64,000 nt of DNA from positions 4,192,001 to 4,256,000 of the forward strand of contig OZ253564.1 in the NCBI GenBank assembly GCA_965262915.1, in the 5' to 3' direction. A program made the position numbers and the translations under genes. This stretch comes from Candidatus Spongiisociaceae bacterium (GTDB taxonomy: Bacteria > Actinomycetota > Acidimicrobiia > Spongiisociales > Spongiisociaceae). The notes under the pieces are model-generated. The model searched no databases and was not told the origin of the DNA. It saw only the letters and a list, made by a program, of their open reading frames with translations. Of the stretch, positions 21,779 to 31,561 are shown piece by piece (the first letter of the stretch is position 1; each line of letters opens with the position of its first letter).

Positions 21779-23830
21779 TCACCCTGCGTAAACGGCGGGG
21801 TCGCGGCTTACCACGATCTCGCCCGAGACGATCTTCTCCTTGAACCCGTCGAGCTGAGCCGCTATATCGCCCACGTGCCCGCCGGTGGTCGAATACCCGA
21901 CCCCATCCACCGACAGGTCGAACCTCTGCTCACCCGCGGCGAACGTACCCGCCTGCACCGCCCGGATAGTGTCGAACACCGCTACGTCCACCCGCTTCAG
22001 CATCGACGTCAGAATGTATGGCTGGAAGTCCTCACCGGCCGTCAGGTACTGATCCGAATCCACCCCGATCGCCCACACATGGGTGTTGTTCGCCTCCGAG
22101 TAATCCTTGGCGGCCTGGAACAGCCCCCCACCCGTACCGCCCGCCGCGTGATAGACCACATCGGCGCCCTGCTCGAACATCGACTGGGCAATCACCCGCC
22201 CAGCCGCCGGATCGTTGAAACCACTGAAATCAGGCGGCTCCGTCACGTACTGGGAGATCACCTGGATGGACGGATCCACCGCCTGCACACCCGCCAGGAA
22301 CCCGGCCTCGAAAGCATGGATCAAAGGAATGTTAACCCCACCTATGTAGCCGACGATACCGCTCTCGGTCTTCAACGCAGCGGCCGCCCCGACCAAGAAC
22401 GAGCCCTGCTCCTCCGAGAACAACAACCCGGCCACATTCGGAGCGTCCACAGACGAGTCCACGATCGCGAAGCTGGTCTCGGGAAACTCTGCGGCCACAG
22501 CGGCCATCGGCTCAGCGAACAGGAACCCGACCCCGATCACCAGATCGGCTCCCTCCGACGCCTGAAGCGCCAGCAGCTCCTCACGGTTGGTCCCGTCCTC
22601 GTTGGCTGAAGCCTCCGAGAAGGTGACACCCAGCTCGGTGGAGGCCCGATCGAGGCCCGCCGCCGCCGCATCGTTGAACGACTGGTCCCCCCGACCGCCG
22701 ATGTCATAAACCAAACCGATCCTGATCGAAGGCAGAACAACCTCTAGTTCGGCGGGGTCGCGGCTTACCACGATCTCGCCCGAGACGATCTTCTCCTTGA
22801 ACCCGTCGAGCTGAGCCGCTATATCGCCCACGTGCCCGCCGGTGGTCGAATACCCGACCCCATCCACCGACAGGTCGAACCTCTGCTCACCCGCGGCGAA
22901 CGTACCCGCCTGCACCGCCCGGATAGTGTCGAACACCGCTACGTCCACCCGCTTCAGCATCGACGTCAGAATGTATGGCTGGAAGTCCTCACCGGCCGTC
23001 AGGTACTGATCCGAATCCACCCCGATCGCCCACACATGGGTGTTGTTCGCCTCCGAGTAATCCTTGGCGGCCTGGAACAGCCCCCCACCCGTACCGCCCG
23101 CCGCGTGATAGACCACATCGGCGCCCTGCTCGAACATCGACTGGGCAATCACCCGCCCAGCCGCCGGATCGTTGAAACCACTGAAATCAGGCGGCTCCGT
23201 CACGTACTGGGAGATCACCTGGATGGACGGATCCACCGCCTGCACACCCGCCAGGAACCCGGCCTCGAAAGCATGGATCAAAGGAATGTTAACCCCACCT
23301 ATGTAGCCGACGATACCGCTCTCGGTCTTCAACGCAGCGGCCGCCCCGACCAAGAACGAGCCCTGCTCCTCCGAGAACAACAACCCGGCCACATTCGGAG
23401 CGTCCACAGACGAGTCCACGATCGCGAAGCTGGTCTCGGGAAACTCTGCGGCCACAGCGGCCATCGGCTCAGCGAACAGGAACCCGACCCCGATCACCAG
23501 ATCGGCTCCCTCCGACGCCTGAAGCGCCAGCAGCTCCTCACGGTTGGTCCCGTCCTCGTTGGCTGAAGCCTCCGAGAAGGTGACACCCAGCTCGGTGGAG
23601 GCCCGATCGAGGCCCGCCGCCGCCGCATCGTTGAACGACTGGTCCCCCCGACCGCCGATGTCATAAACCAAACCGATCCTGATCGGCTCACCTGCCGGGG
23701 CCTGGGTGGCTGAGGGGGTCTCGGAGGTTGCCTGGGTTGTGGTCGTCCCCGGCTCCTCATCACCGCCGCAAGCCGCTGCCAGCAACGCGAACGCCGCCAG
23801 CGCGATGAACAACCTCGTCTTTGTGTACAT
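21779..23830 (-). CDS. BMP-family nucleoside-binding lipoprotein with two tandem BMP domains
   Basis: Lipobox LAAACG, GGRGDQSFND, EQGSFLVG, IGVDSDQ, SMLKRVD each twice; ATG 23830 with AGGAGG RBS. Confidence 0.92.
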   Translation of the reverse strand: MYTKTRLFIALAAFALLAAACGGDEEPGTTTTQATSETPSATQAPAGEPIRIGLVYDIGGRGDQSFNDAAAAGLDRASTELGVTFSEASANEDGTNREELLALQASEGADLVIGVGFLFAEPMAAVAAEFPETSFAIVDSSVDAPNVAGLLFSEEQGSFLVGAAAALKTESGIVGYIGGVNIPLIHAFEAGFLAGVQAVDPSIQVISQYVTEPPDFSGFNDPAAGRVIAQSMFEQGADVVYHAAGGTGGGLFQAAKDYSEANNTHVWAIGVDSDQYLTAGEDFQPYILTSMLKRVDVAVFDTIRAVQAGTFAAGEQRFDLSVDGVGYSTTGGHVGDIAAQLDGFKEKIVSGEIVVSRDPAELEVVLPSIRIGLVYDIGGRGDQSFNDAAAAGLDRASTELGVTFSEASANEDGTNREELLALQASEGADLVIGVGFLFAEPMAAVAAEFPETSFAIVDSSVDAPNVAGLLFSEEQGSFLVGAAAALKTESGIVGYIGGVNIPLIHAFEAGFLAGVQAVDPSIQVISQYVTEPPDFSGFNDPAAGRVIAQSMFEQGADVVYHAAGGTGGGLFQAAKDYSEANNTHVWAIGVDSDQYLTAGEDFQPYILTSMLKRVDVAVFDTIRAVQAGTFAAGEQRFDLSVDGVGYSTTGGHVGDIAAQLDGFKEKIVSGEIVVSRDPAVYAG
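21793..23685. repeat. 936-bp direct repeat (21793-22728 and 22750-23685) with 21-bp unique spacer
   Basis: Offset 957; alternative-frame ORFs 21875..22609 and 22832..23566 translate identically; no mismatch seen by eye. Confidence 0.93.
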
Positions 23831-23997
23831 GGTCTCAGTTCCTCCTACTCGCACCCCCGCCACAGGGATACCCGCTCCGACAGTCTACGCCGCCCGGAGT
23901 CCGGTAGCCAGTGGCGGAGCCGGCGGCCGGTGGACAAATAGTGGTGGGCAGATAGTGGACGGACTACCGGCGGGCAGTGGCCGGTAGGCCGGTGTGG

Positions 23998-26478
23998 CTA
24001 CGAGCCGGAGTCGACCAGGTCTACGGGTGGGATGTCGGGCGTGTCGACCATTTCGAAGAACAGGCCCTCGCCCTCGGGGTCCGCATCCACCACGATGGTG
24101 GTACCGGACCGGTACTCGCCCAGCAATACCTGCTCGGCCAGCGGGTCCTCCAGGAACCGCTGGATGGCCCGCCTCAGAGGACGGGCGCCGAGTTGGCGGT
24201 CATAGCCGATCCTGACCAGGAACGTCTTGGCCGCGTCGCTCAGGACCAGGTTGAGCGCTTGGGTGGCGAGTTGTTCACGGTCCCTCACCAGCAGCAGGTC
24301 GACGATCTGCTTGACCTCGTCCTCCGTGAGCTGGTGGAAAACGATCACCTCGTCGATCCGGTTGAGGAACTCGGGACGGAAGTGGCGCTTGAGCTCGTCG
24401 GTCAGCTTCTGCTTCATCTTCTCGTAGCTGACCTCATGGCTCTCGTGCTGGAAGCCCACCGACCGCTTGTGGAGGGCCTCCGAACCCAGGTTGGAGGTCA
24501 TGATGATGACGGTGTTCTTGAAGTCCACCGTCCGACCCTGGGCGTCGGTCAGCCGGCCGTCCTCCAGGATCTGCAGCAGGGTGTTGAAGACATCGGAATG
24601 GGCTTTCTCGATCTCGTCGAAGAGCACCACCGAGAAGGGCTTCCGCCGGACCGACTCGGTGAGTTGCCCGCCCTCGCCGTAGCCCACGTACCCGGGTGGG
24701 GATCCCAGCAGGCGGCTGACCGTGTGCTTCTCCATGTACTCGGACATGTCGAGCTGGATGAGGGAGTCCTCGTCGCCGAACAGGAACTCGGCGAGGGCCT
24801 TGGCGGTCTCGGTCTTTCCTACTCCCGACGGACCCAGGAAGACGAAGGACCCGCTGGGCCGCTTGGGGTCCTTGAGGCCAGCTCTCGTGCGCCTGATCGC
24901 CCGGCTCACCGCCGAAATCCCGTCGTGCTGCCCGATGATCCGCTTGTGCAGTTCCTCCTCCATGTGGACCAACCGGGCGGTCTCCTCCTCGGTCAGGCGG
25001 TGGACGGGGATGCCGGTCCATTGTGCCAGCACGTCGGCGATCTCGTCTTCGTCTATCACCGAATCGTCGGTCGCGCCCAGCTCGGATTGCCGCCGGGCCC
25101 GGTCAGAGAGCAGGGCCCGTTCCTGGTCACGGAGCTGGGCGGCCCGCTCGAACTGCTGGGCCGACACGGCCTGCATCTTGTCCTTGCGCACCGCGCTCAA
25201 CTGATCATCGATCTGCTTGACCTGGGGGCTGGAACTGATGCGGAAGATGCGGTTGCGGCTGCCGGCCTCGTCGATCAGGTCTATGGCCTTGTCGGGCAGG
25301 AACCGGTCCGAGATGTAGCGGTCCGCCAGGTTGGCGGCCGTCTTGAGGGCGCTGTCGGTGAAGCGCACCGAATGGTGGGCCTCGTAGCGATCCCTCAGAC
25401 CATGGAGGATGAGCACCGTCTCGGCCACCGTGGGTTCGTCGACGTGGATCGGCTGGAAACGCCGTTCCAACGCCGAGTCCTTCTCCAGGTACTTGCGGTA
25501 CTCCTCGAGGGTGGTAGCGCCCACCGTCTGGAGTTCGCCCCGGGCCAGCATGGGTTTGAGGATGCTGGCGGCGTCGATGGCTCCTTCGGCTGCACCGGCG
25601 CCCACCAGGGTGTGGATCTCGTCTATGAAGAGGATGATGTCCCCTCGGGTCTTGATCTCCTTCAGTACCTTCTTGAGGCGCTCCTCGAAGTCCCCCCGGT
25701 ACCGGGAGCCGGCCACCAGCGCCCCGAGGTCAAGCGTGTATATGGACTTCGACGTGAGGGTGTCGGGAACCTCCGAGGCCACGATGCGCTGAGCCAGACC
25801 CTCCACGATGGCGGTCTTCCCCACCCCCGGTTCGCCGATCAGTACCGGGTTGTTCTTGGAACGCCGCGACAGGATCTGCATGACCCGCTCTATCTCGGTA
25901 CGGCGTCCTATGACCGGGTCGAGGTCATGGTCGCGGGCCATGGTGGTCAGGTTGCGGCCAAACTGGTCGAGCACGGTGGATCCCGATACCGGGGATCCCC
26001 TCCCCGAGGGCGCGGTGCCGGCCGGTGCGGGCTCGTCGCCCGAGCCTCCGGACAGCAACTGGATGACCGTGTGGCGCACCTTGGGGAGGTCGGCGCCCAG
26101 CTTCTCGAGCACTTGGGCGGCGACGCCGTCCCCTTCCCGGATCAGGCCCAGCAGGATGTGCTCGGTACCGATGTAGTTGTGCCCCAACTGCAGAGCTTCG
26201 CGCAGGCTCAACTCCAGTACCTTCTTGGCCCGGGGGGTGAACGGTATGTGGCCGGACGGAGACTGGTGACCCTGGCCGATGGTATCCACAACCTGGCTGC
26301 GCACCGAATCGAGGCGAATGCCGAGACTCTGGAGACCGCGGGCCGCCACGCCCTCTCCCTCGTGGATCAGGCCCAACAGGATGTGCTCGGTACCGATGTA
26401 GTTGTGGTTGAGTAACCGGGCCTCTTCCTGTGCCAGCACCACCACCCGACGGGCGCGGTCGGTGAAGCGTTCAAACAC
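23998..26478 (-). CDS. clpC: ATP-dependent Clp protease ATP-binding subunit ClpC
   Basis: [21 protein letters not shown]-domain, GEPGVGKT and GPSGVGKT Walker A motifs, GARPLRR. Confidence 0.97.
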   Translation of the reverse strand: MFERFTDRARRVVVLAQEEARLLNHNYIGTEHILLGLIHEGEGVAARGLQSLGIRLDSVRSQVVDTIGQGHQSPSGHIPFTPRAKKVLELSLREALQLGHNYIGTEHILLGLIREGDGVAAQVLEKLGADLPKVRHTVIQLLSGGSGDEPAPAGTAPSGRGSPVSGSTVLDQFGRNLTTMARDHDLDPVIGRRTEIERVMQILSRRSKNNPVLIGEPGVGKTAIVEGLAQRIVASEVPDTLTSKSIYTLDLGALVAGSRYRGDFEERLKKVLKEIKTRGDIILFIDEIHTLVGAGAAEGAIDAASILKPMLARGELQTVGATTLEEYRKYLEKDSALERRFQPIHVDEPTVAETVLILHGLRDRYEAHHSVRFTDSALKTAANLADRYISDRFLPDKAIDLIDEAGSRNRIFRISSSPQVKQIDDQLSAVRKDKMQAVSAQQFERAAQLRDQERALLSDRARRQSELGATDDSVIDEDEIADVLAQWTGIPVHRLTEEETARLVHMEEELHKRIIGQHDGISAVSRAIRRTRAGLKDPKRPSGSFVFLGPSGVGKTETAKALAEFLFGDEDSLIQLDMSEYMEKHTVSRLLGSPPGYVGYGEGGQLTESVRRKPFSVVLFDEIEKAHSDVFNTLLQILEDGRLTDAQGRTVDFKNTVIIMTSNLGSEALHKRSVGFQHESHEVSYEKMKQKLTDELKRHFRPEFLNRIDEVIVFHQLTEDEVKQIVDLLLVRDREQLATQALNLVLSDAAKTFLVRIGYDRQLGARPLRRAIQRFLEDPLAEQVLLGEYRSGTTIVVDADPEGEGLFFEMVDTPDIPPVDLVDSGS

Positions 26479-26653
26479 AGCCGATCAACCTCCATGGTCT
26501 GGCAGCTTTGCGTCTTACGGAATACAAGCTTAGGTGCACAAGTCTTTCCGTCGCGACTATACCCCGGGGGGGCTGACTATGGCGATCCCGATCAACGATC
26601 GACATACGCTTACCATAGGCCGTGACGATGACTCCAACGCTCGCTCAACAGCA

Positions 26654-27685
26654 ATGGTGACTCCGGTCCTGCGGAACCTGATCGACATACCGGACCTATG
26701 GGAGCGGATCGAACGGGTGGAGAGCCGGCTGTTCGAGGTCTCCTCGTCCGCTCACCCCTTCCTGACCGAGATCGCCCAGCATCTGCTGGCAGCCGGGGGT
26801 AAGAGGTTCCGTCCGATCCTCTCCCAGCTGGCGTCGGAGTTCGGTCCGTCGCGCGACCACCGGCTGATCGAGGCAGGGGCAGCCGTGGAACTGATCCATA
26901 TCGGATCCCTGTACCACGACGACGTGATCGACGGGGCGGAGACCCGCCGCGGGACGACGTCGGTCAACACCAGATGGAGTAACGCCCAAGCGATCCTGGC
27001 CGGCGACTTCCTCATCTCCCGTGCTTCGGAGTTGGCCGCTACGAGCCTGGGCGAGGAAGCGGTCCGCCTACTGGCCCGCACCTACACCGAGTTGGTGGTG
27101 GGCCAGGCGCTCGAACTCCGGCTGACCGGAGACCTTACCCACGGCCCGGAGGATTACCACCGCGTCATAAGCGGCAAGACCGCCAGCCTCATCAGGACCT
27201 CCGCCCGGATCGGCGCTCTGGCTGCCGATGCCCCGCGGGAAGTCGTGGAGGCATTGTCCGCCGCCACTTGGCAGCTGGGAATGGTATTCCAACTCACCGA
27301 CGACGCCCTCGACCTGGTAGCAACCGACGAGCAACTGGGCAAGCCGGCCGGGAGCGACATCCATCAGGGGGTGTACACCCTTCCGGTACTCCATGCTCTC
27401 GAGGGACCCGCCGGGAACCGCATCGCCACCCTGCTGGCCGGAGGCATACCGTTCGACGACAGGACGGTGAGGGAGGTGATCGGCCTGATCCAGGAGGGTG
27501 ATTACCTCGACCACGTCCTCGACGAGTGCACCGACCGCCTGAGGCAGGCCTCGGATGCCATCGCCACGCTCCCCGACATCGAGGCTCGCTCGGTCCTCGT
27601 CCGGATGGGGACCTTCCTGGTGGACCGGGTCCACGCAGTCAGTCAGCCTGAATCCACCGATTCATATTCCGAAAACCAATCCTGA
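26654..27685 (+). CDS. Polyprenyl diphosphate synthase
   Basis: GGKRFRP, HDDVID, RRG, KTA, QLTDDALD; start uncertain. Confidence 0.92.
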   Translation: MVTPVLRNLIDIPDLWERIERVESRLFEVSSSAHPFLTEIAQHLLAAGGKRFRPILSQLASEFGPSRDHRLIEAGAAVELIHIGSLYHDDVIDGAETRRGTTSVNTRWSNAQAILAGDFLISRASELAATSLGEEAVRLLARTYTELVVGQALELRLTGDLTHGPEDYHRVISGKTASLIRTSARIGALAADAPREVVEALSAATWQLGMVFQLTDDALDLVATDEQLGKPAGSDIHQGVYTLPVLHALEGPAGNRIATLLAGGIPFDDRTVREVIGLIQEGDYLDHVLDECTDRLRQASDAIATLPDIEARSVLVRMGTFLVDRVHAVSQPESTDSYSENQS

Positions 27686-27847
27686 CCAGGGCGATCTCCG
27701 GGATCCACCACTCACAGGAAGTTGCTCCTCTTCCCAGGACCGAACCATCCTTACCAATAGCTATCGCCGCAGATCAGGAGGCATTTCCACCATATCTCTA
27801 TGTCCGCTGCGCCCTCCCCATCGGTGGATTCAGGGTCAGTGACCGGC

Positions 27848-27918
27848 GGGTGCCAGTTGTCAGGTGCCAGACAACCAGCACCTGGCACCTGGCACCTGGC
27901 ACCTGGCACCTGGCACCT
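27848..27918. repeat. Heptamer repeat (GGCACCT)5 with inverted heptamers
   Basis: GGGTGCC AGTTGTC AGGTGCC / GACAACC AGCACCT (GGCACCT)5; last unit overlaps the lysS stop. Confidence 0.9.
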
Positions 27919-29443
27919 ACCTGGCTTCGGGACGCAGGTGGGGGAAGAGCACCACCTCTCGCAGGTTTCTCTGATCGGTGAGCAACATCACGAGCCGGTC
28001 CACGCCGATACCCAGACCGCCCGTCGGAGGCAAACCCACCTCGAGAGCCCGCAGGAAGTCCTCGTCGACCGGGTGGGCCGATTGGTCCCCCGCCGCCCGG
28101 GCGGCGGCCTGAGCCTCGAAGCGGCCTCTCTGGTCGATCGGATCGTTCAGCTCGGTGAAGGCGTCGGCGTGCTCGCTTCCGGCTATGAACAACTCGAACC
28201 GCTCGACCAGACCGTCGATCGAGCGGTGCCGGCGGGCCAGTGGCGAGATGTCGATGGGATGGTCGATGACGAAGGTCGGCTCCCATAACCCCGGTACTAC
28301 CCGGTGGTCGAAGATCTCCTCGACCAACTTCCCGAACCCCCAAGTGGCATCGGTCTCGACCCCGGCCCGATCGGCCAGGCTCCTCAGCCGGGACGGTGGC
28401 GTCGAGGGTGTGACAGGTGCATCCAGCGCCTCTCCCACCAGCTCCAGCATGGGCACGCGCCGGTAGGGAGGCCGGAGATCGATCGGCCGACCCTGGTAGG
28501 TGAGGCGGGATGTTCCGACTACCCGCCGAGCCACCGCCGGGATGACCTCCTCCATCAACTCCATGATGTCCCGGTAGTCGGCCAGCGCCTGGTAGGCCTC
28601 GAGAGTGGTGAACTCCGGGTTGTGCGTGGAGTCGATGCCTTCGTTGCGGAACACCCGGCCCAACTCGAAGACCCGCTCCATGCCTCCCACCACCAGCCTC
28701 TTCAGATGGAGTTCGGTGGCGATCCGCAGATACATCTCGATCCCGAGAGCGTTGTGATAGGTCTCGAAGGGCCGGGCCAGCGCCCCGCCCGCCTGGATCT
28801 GGAGCACAGGGGTCTCCACCTCGATGAAGCCCCTTCCTTCGAACTGGCTCCGCAACTCGGACACCACCCCGGCCCGCGCCTCGGCGACGTGCCGGGCTTC
28901 CGGGTTGACCAGCAGGTCCAACTCGCGCCGGCGGAAACGCCGCTCCTTGTCCCTCAGGCCGTGCCACTTCGCAGGTAGGGGACGCAGACCCTTGGCCAGC
29001 AGAGCGAAATCGCCTACACCTACGCTAAGCTCACCCCGGCGGGTTGTCATCACCTCCCCCCTCGCCCACACCCAGTCGCCGGTGTCCAGATCCCCGAAAG
29101 CAGCCCACGCGGCGTCGCCGAGCCCCCGCTCGTCCACAAAAAGCTGGATACGTCCCGAATAGTCCTGGAGCACCCCGAACACCAGCCGGCCCAGACGGCG
29201 CAGGTTCATGAGCCGCCCGGCCACCTCCACCACCTCGCCGGTATTCACGTCGGGGTCGAGGCCGGCGAAGCGGTCATGGAGATCGGAGGCCGAGGAGTCG
29301 CGGGTGTAACCGAGCGGGTAGGGGTCGATGCCCCGGGAGCGCAGGCGGTCGACCTTCTCGAGCCGCTGAGCGGTGAGGGGATGGTCGGCGAGCCCGACGC
29401 CCTCCTGGATGTCGCTCTGGGGCGTTTCACCGGGTTCGTTCAT
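27917..29443 (-). CDS. lysS: Lysine--tRNA ligase (class II)
   Basis: YLRIATELHLKRL, FRNEGIDSTHNPEFT, GLGIGVDRL; ATG 29443 chosen downstream of the MITE. Confidence 0.96.
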   Translation of the reverse strand: MNEPGETPQSDIQEGVGLADHPLTAQRLEKVDRLRSRGIDPYPLGYTRDSSASDLHDRFAGLDPDVNTGEVVEVAGRLMNLRRLGRLVFGVLQDYSGRIQLFVDERGLGDAAWAAFGDLDTGDWVWARGEVMTTRRGELSVGVGDFALLAKGLRPLPAKWHGLRDKERRFRRRELDLLVNPEARHVAEARAGVVSELRSQFEGRGFIEVETPVLQIQAGGALARPFETYHNALGIEMYLRIATELHLKRLVVGGMERVFELGRVFRNEGIDSTHNPEFTTLEAYQALADYRDIMELMEEVIPAVARRVVGTSRLTYQGRPIDLRPPYRRVPMLELVGEALDAPVTPSTPPSRLRSLADRAGVETDATWGFGKLVEEIFDHRVVPGLWEPTFVIDHPIDISPLARRHRSIDGLVERFELFIAGSEHADAFTELNDPIDQRGRFEAQAAARAAGDQSAHPVDEDFLRALEVGLPPTGGLGIGVDRLVMLLTDQRNLREVVLFPHLRPEAR

Positions 29444-29470
29444 ACGACGGGAAGGGTACCGCAGGCGAAC

Positions 29471-29637
29471 TAGTGGTCCGTCTGTGAAACGGCGGCGTGG
29501 TATGCGCCGGCAGCGGCGTTCCTCACAAGGCCCGCCGACGAAGGCGTACCCGCAGCGGTACATAGAGGAGGCGGAACACAGCGAGGGACGCCGATGGCTG
29601 CCGGAGCACGCCAAGTTAATCTGCAGGCAGACCACCA
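29471..29637. mobile_element. MITE family A, copy 2
   Basis: TA-GTGGTCCGTCTG ... CAGGCAGACCAC-CA; shared core GACGAAGGCGTACCCGCAGCGGTAC. Confidence 0.82.
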
Positions 29638-29639
29638 AC

Positions 29640-30416
29640 TCAGCGGTTGCGCTCCCATACGAGGCGGAGCCCCTCCAGCGTGAGGGTGTGATCCACCTTC
29701 GTAACGAGTCGGCACAGGGGAACGATGAGGGGAGCGATCCCGCCGGTGGCCACCACGTTCGTGCATTCGCCACCCCCGCCACCGACTTGATCGATGATCC
29801 GTCCCAGGATCCCGTCCACCAGACCGGCATACCCGTATAGGAGGCCGCTTTGGATAGCCTCGACGGTGCCCTTGCCCACCACCGATCGGGGCTCGATCAG
29901 ATCCACCCGTCTCAGGGCGGCGGTGGCCGCCACCAGGGCCTCCATCGACACCTCGAGGCCGGGAGCGATAGCGCCACCGATGTAGTCACCGGAGCGATCC
30001 ACCACATCGAAGGTCGTGGCCGTACCAAAGTCGACCACCACCGCCGGCACGCCGTAGCGCTCGCGGGCCGCCACGGAGTTGACGACCCTGTCGGCCCCCA
30101 CTTCCCGCGGGTTGTCGATCTTGATGGCCATCCCCGTACGGACACCGGGTCCGACGACCAGAACCCGGGTTCCCACCAGCTTCTCGAGGGCCGATTGCAG
30201 GGCGGTCGCCACCGGCGGCACCACAGACGACATCGCCGCCCCCTCGAAGTCCTCGGACCGGTAACCGGTGGGAGCCAGCAACCCCCTGAGCAGGATGGAG
30301 AACTCGTCCTCCGTACGCTCCCGGCCGCTGGAGAGGCGCCACTGCTCGATCACCCTGCGGCCGGATATGACGCCGATCACTGTCTGGGTGTTACCGACAT
30401 CGACAGCCAGGAACAT
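29640..30416 (-). CDS. coaX: Type III pantothenate kinase
   Basis: AVDVGNT, EVGADR, VDFGTATT, GGAIAPG, VATGG. Confidence 0.95.
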   Translation of the reverse strand: MFLAVDVGNTQTVIGVISGRRVIEQWRLSSGRERTEDEFSILLRGLLAPTGYRSEDFEGAAMSSVVPPVATALQSALEKLVGTRVLVVGPGVRTGMAIKIDNPREVGADRVVNSVAARERYGVPAVVVDFGTATTFDVVDRSGDYIGGAIAPGLEVSMEALVAATAALRRVDLIEPRSVVGKGTVEAIQSGLLYGYAGLVDGILGRIIDQVGGGGGECTNVVATGGIAPLIVPLCRLVTKVDHTLTLEGLRLVWERNR

Positions 30417-30426
30417 CAACTTCTCC

Positions 30427-30517
30427 AGTGGTCAGTGGTCAGGTGCCAGGTGCCAGGTGCCAGGTGCCAGGTGCCAGGTGCCAGGTGCCAGGTGCCAGGT
30501 GCCAGGTGCCGGGTGCC
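30427..30517. repeat. Heptamer tandem repeat (AGGTGCC)10
   Basis: Ten perfect units 30441-30510, flanked by AGTGGTC x2 and GGGTGCC; opposite orientation to the arrays at 17.7 and 27.9 kb. Confidence 0.95.
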
Positions 30518-31479
30518 GGTGATATTTCACGGGTGCACGAGCCGAGGGCTTTCCGACTATCGGATGCCGCCCGGCTGACCGTACTGTAGAGCACGCTGGG
30601 TCGTTCCAACCACACGCCGCGATCCGCTTCGGCGACCCGGTCGCCGACCGAGAACCGCACGTTGTCGATGAGGCGAACCGGACCGATACGGGCGGCGGCG
30701 GCGAGCACTACCTCCCCTTCTACGCAGGAAACCGGAGCCATGGTGGTGGCGTCGCACGTCTCGGCATACTCGATCGCGGCGGGGTCGAGGGCGTTCCGGA
30801 CCGCCCCCTCGAGAGCACCCGCCCCTCGCTCACCGGCCTCGAACAGCCCGGCCGCCTCCATCAGGCCATGGGAGAGTCCCAGGGCCTTCTCCCGGTGAGC
30901 GCCGAGCAGCACGTTCCGGGACGACAGCGCCAGGCCGTCGGCTTCGCGGATCAGGGGGCAGCCCACCACCTCCAGGGGAAAGCCCAGATCGGACGCCAGC
31001 CGGGTCACCATCGCCAGCTGCTGGGCGTCCTTGCGGCCGAAGTAGGCGACATCGGGCTGCAGTCCCGCGAACAGCTTGGTCACCACCGTCGCCACGCCCG
31101 TCATGTGACCGGGCCGGTACACACCTTCCAGTCGATCCCCGATTCCCGCCACCGATACCTCGGTGAGCGGCGCGGTGGGAAACATCTCGGCGGCTTCGGG
31201 AACCACCATCACATCCACGCCGACCTCTTCCGCCAGGGCCAGATCACGGTCGTGATCGACCGGGTAGCGAGCCAGGTCGGCCGGTTCCTCGAACTGCAGG
31301 GGATTCACGTACAGCGTGGCCACGGTCTGATCACACTCGGCCACAGACCTCTCCATGAGGGAGAGATGGCCCTCGTGGAAGAAACCCATGGTCGGGACGA
31401 GACCGACCAACCCGCGTGCCATGGTCCGGGCCTCCGCCATAGTCCCCACGACCTTCACGCGGAGCGGCTCCTCACCCAT
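30439..31479 (-). CDS. panC: Pantoate--beta-alanine ligase with repeat-derived C-terminal tail
   Basis: VPTMGFFHEGH, VNPLQF, FGRKDAQQ, GLALSSRN, RLIDN. Confidence 0.94.
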   Translation of the reverse strand: MGEEPLRVKVVGTMAEARTMARGLVGLVPTMGFFHEGHLSLMERSVAECDQTVATLYVNPLQFEEPADLARYPVDHDRDLALAEEVGVDVMVVPEAAEMFPTAPLTEVSVAGIGDRLEGVYRPGHMTGVATVVTKLFAGLQPDVAYFGRKDAQQLAMVTRLASDLGFPLEVVGCPLIREADGLALSSRNVLLGAHREKALGLSHGLMEAAGLFEAGERGAGALEGAVRNALDPAAIEYAETCDATTMAPVSCVEGEVVLAAAARIGPVRLIDNVRFSVGDRVAEADRGVWLERPSVLYSTVSRAASDSRKALGSCTREISPAPGTWHLAPGTWHLAPGTWHLAPGT

Positions 31480-31561
31480 GCGGCGCCCGGTCGCCGACCC
31501 TTGCCGGACCGAGACGGATCGGCGGTGGCCACGAACGTCCAGCCACGGCCGGCCATCGAAT

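Noticed and set aside
23900-23997. GGTGG/CCGG-rich spacer between clpC and the BMP gene as a riboswitch or repeat
   Set aside because: Only weak degenerate repeats; no recognisable aptamer consensus.
23977-26415. Long plus-strand ORFs (812 aa here; also 8823..10391, 31355..32968, 35994..38138, 51709..53247, 61371..62903)
   Set aside because: Antisense shadows of well-conserved genes, expected in high-GC DNA; no recognisable motifs.
29444-29830. N-terminal extensions of LysS (and FolE to 35949) reading through MITE A as an in-frame coding insert
   Set aside because: The frames are open, but plausible starts exist downstream of the element and the LysS extension overlaps coaX; open frames in GC-rich repeats arise by chance.
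30427-30517. CRISPR-like array
   Set aside because: Contiguous 7-bp units with no spacers and no cas genes; no repeat-spacer pattern was seen anywhere in the window.
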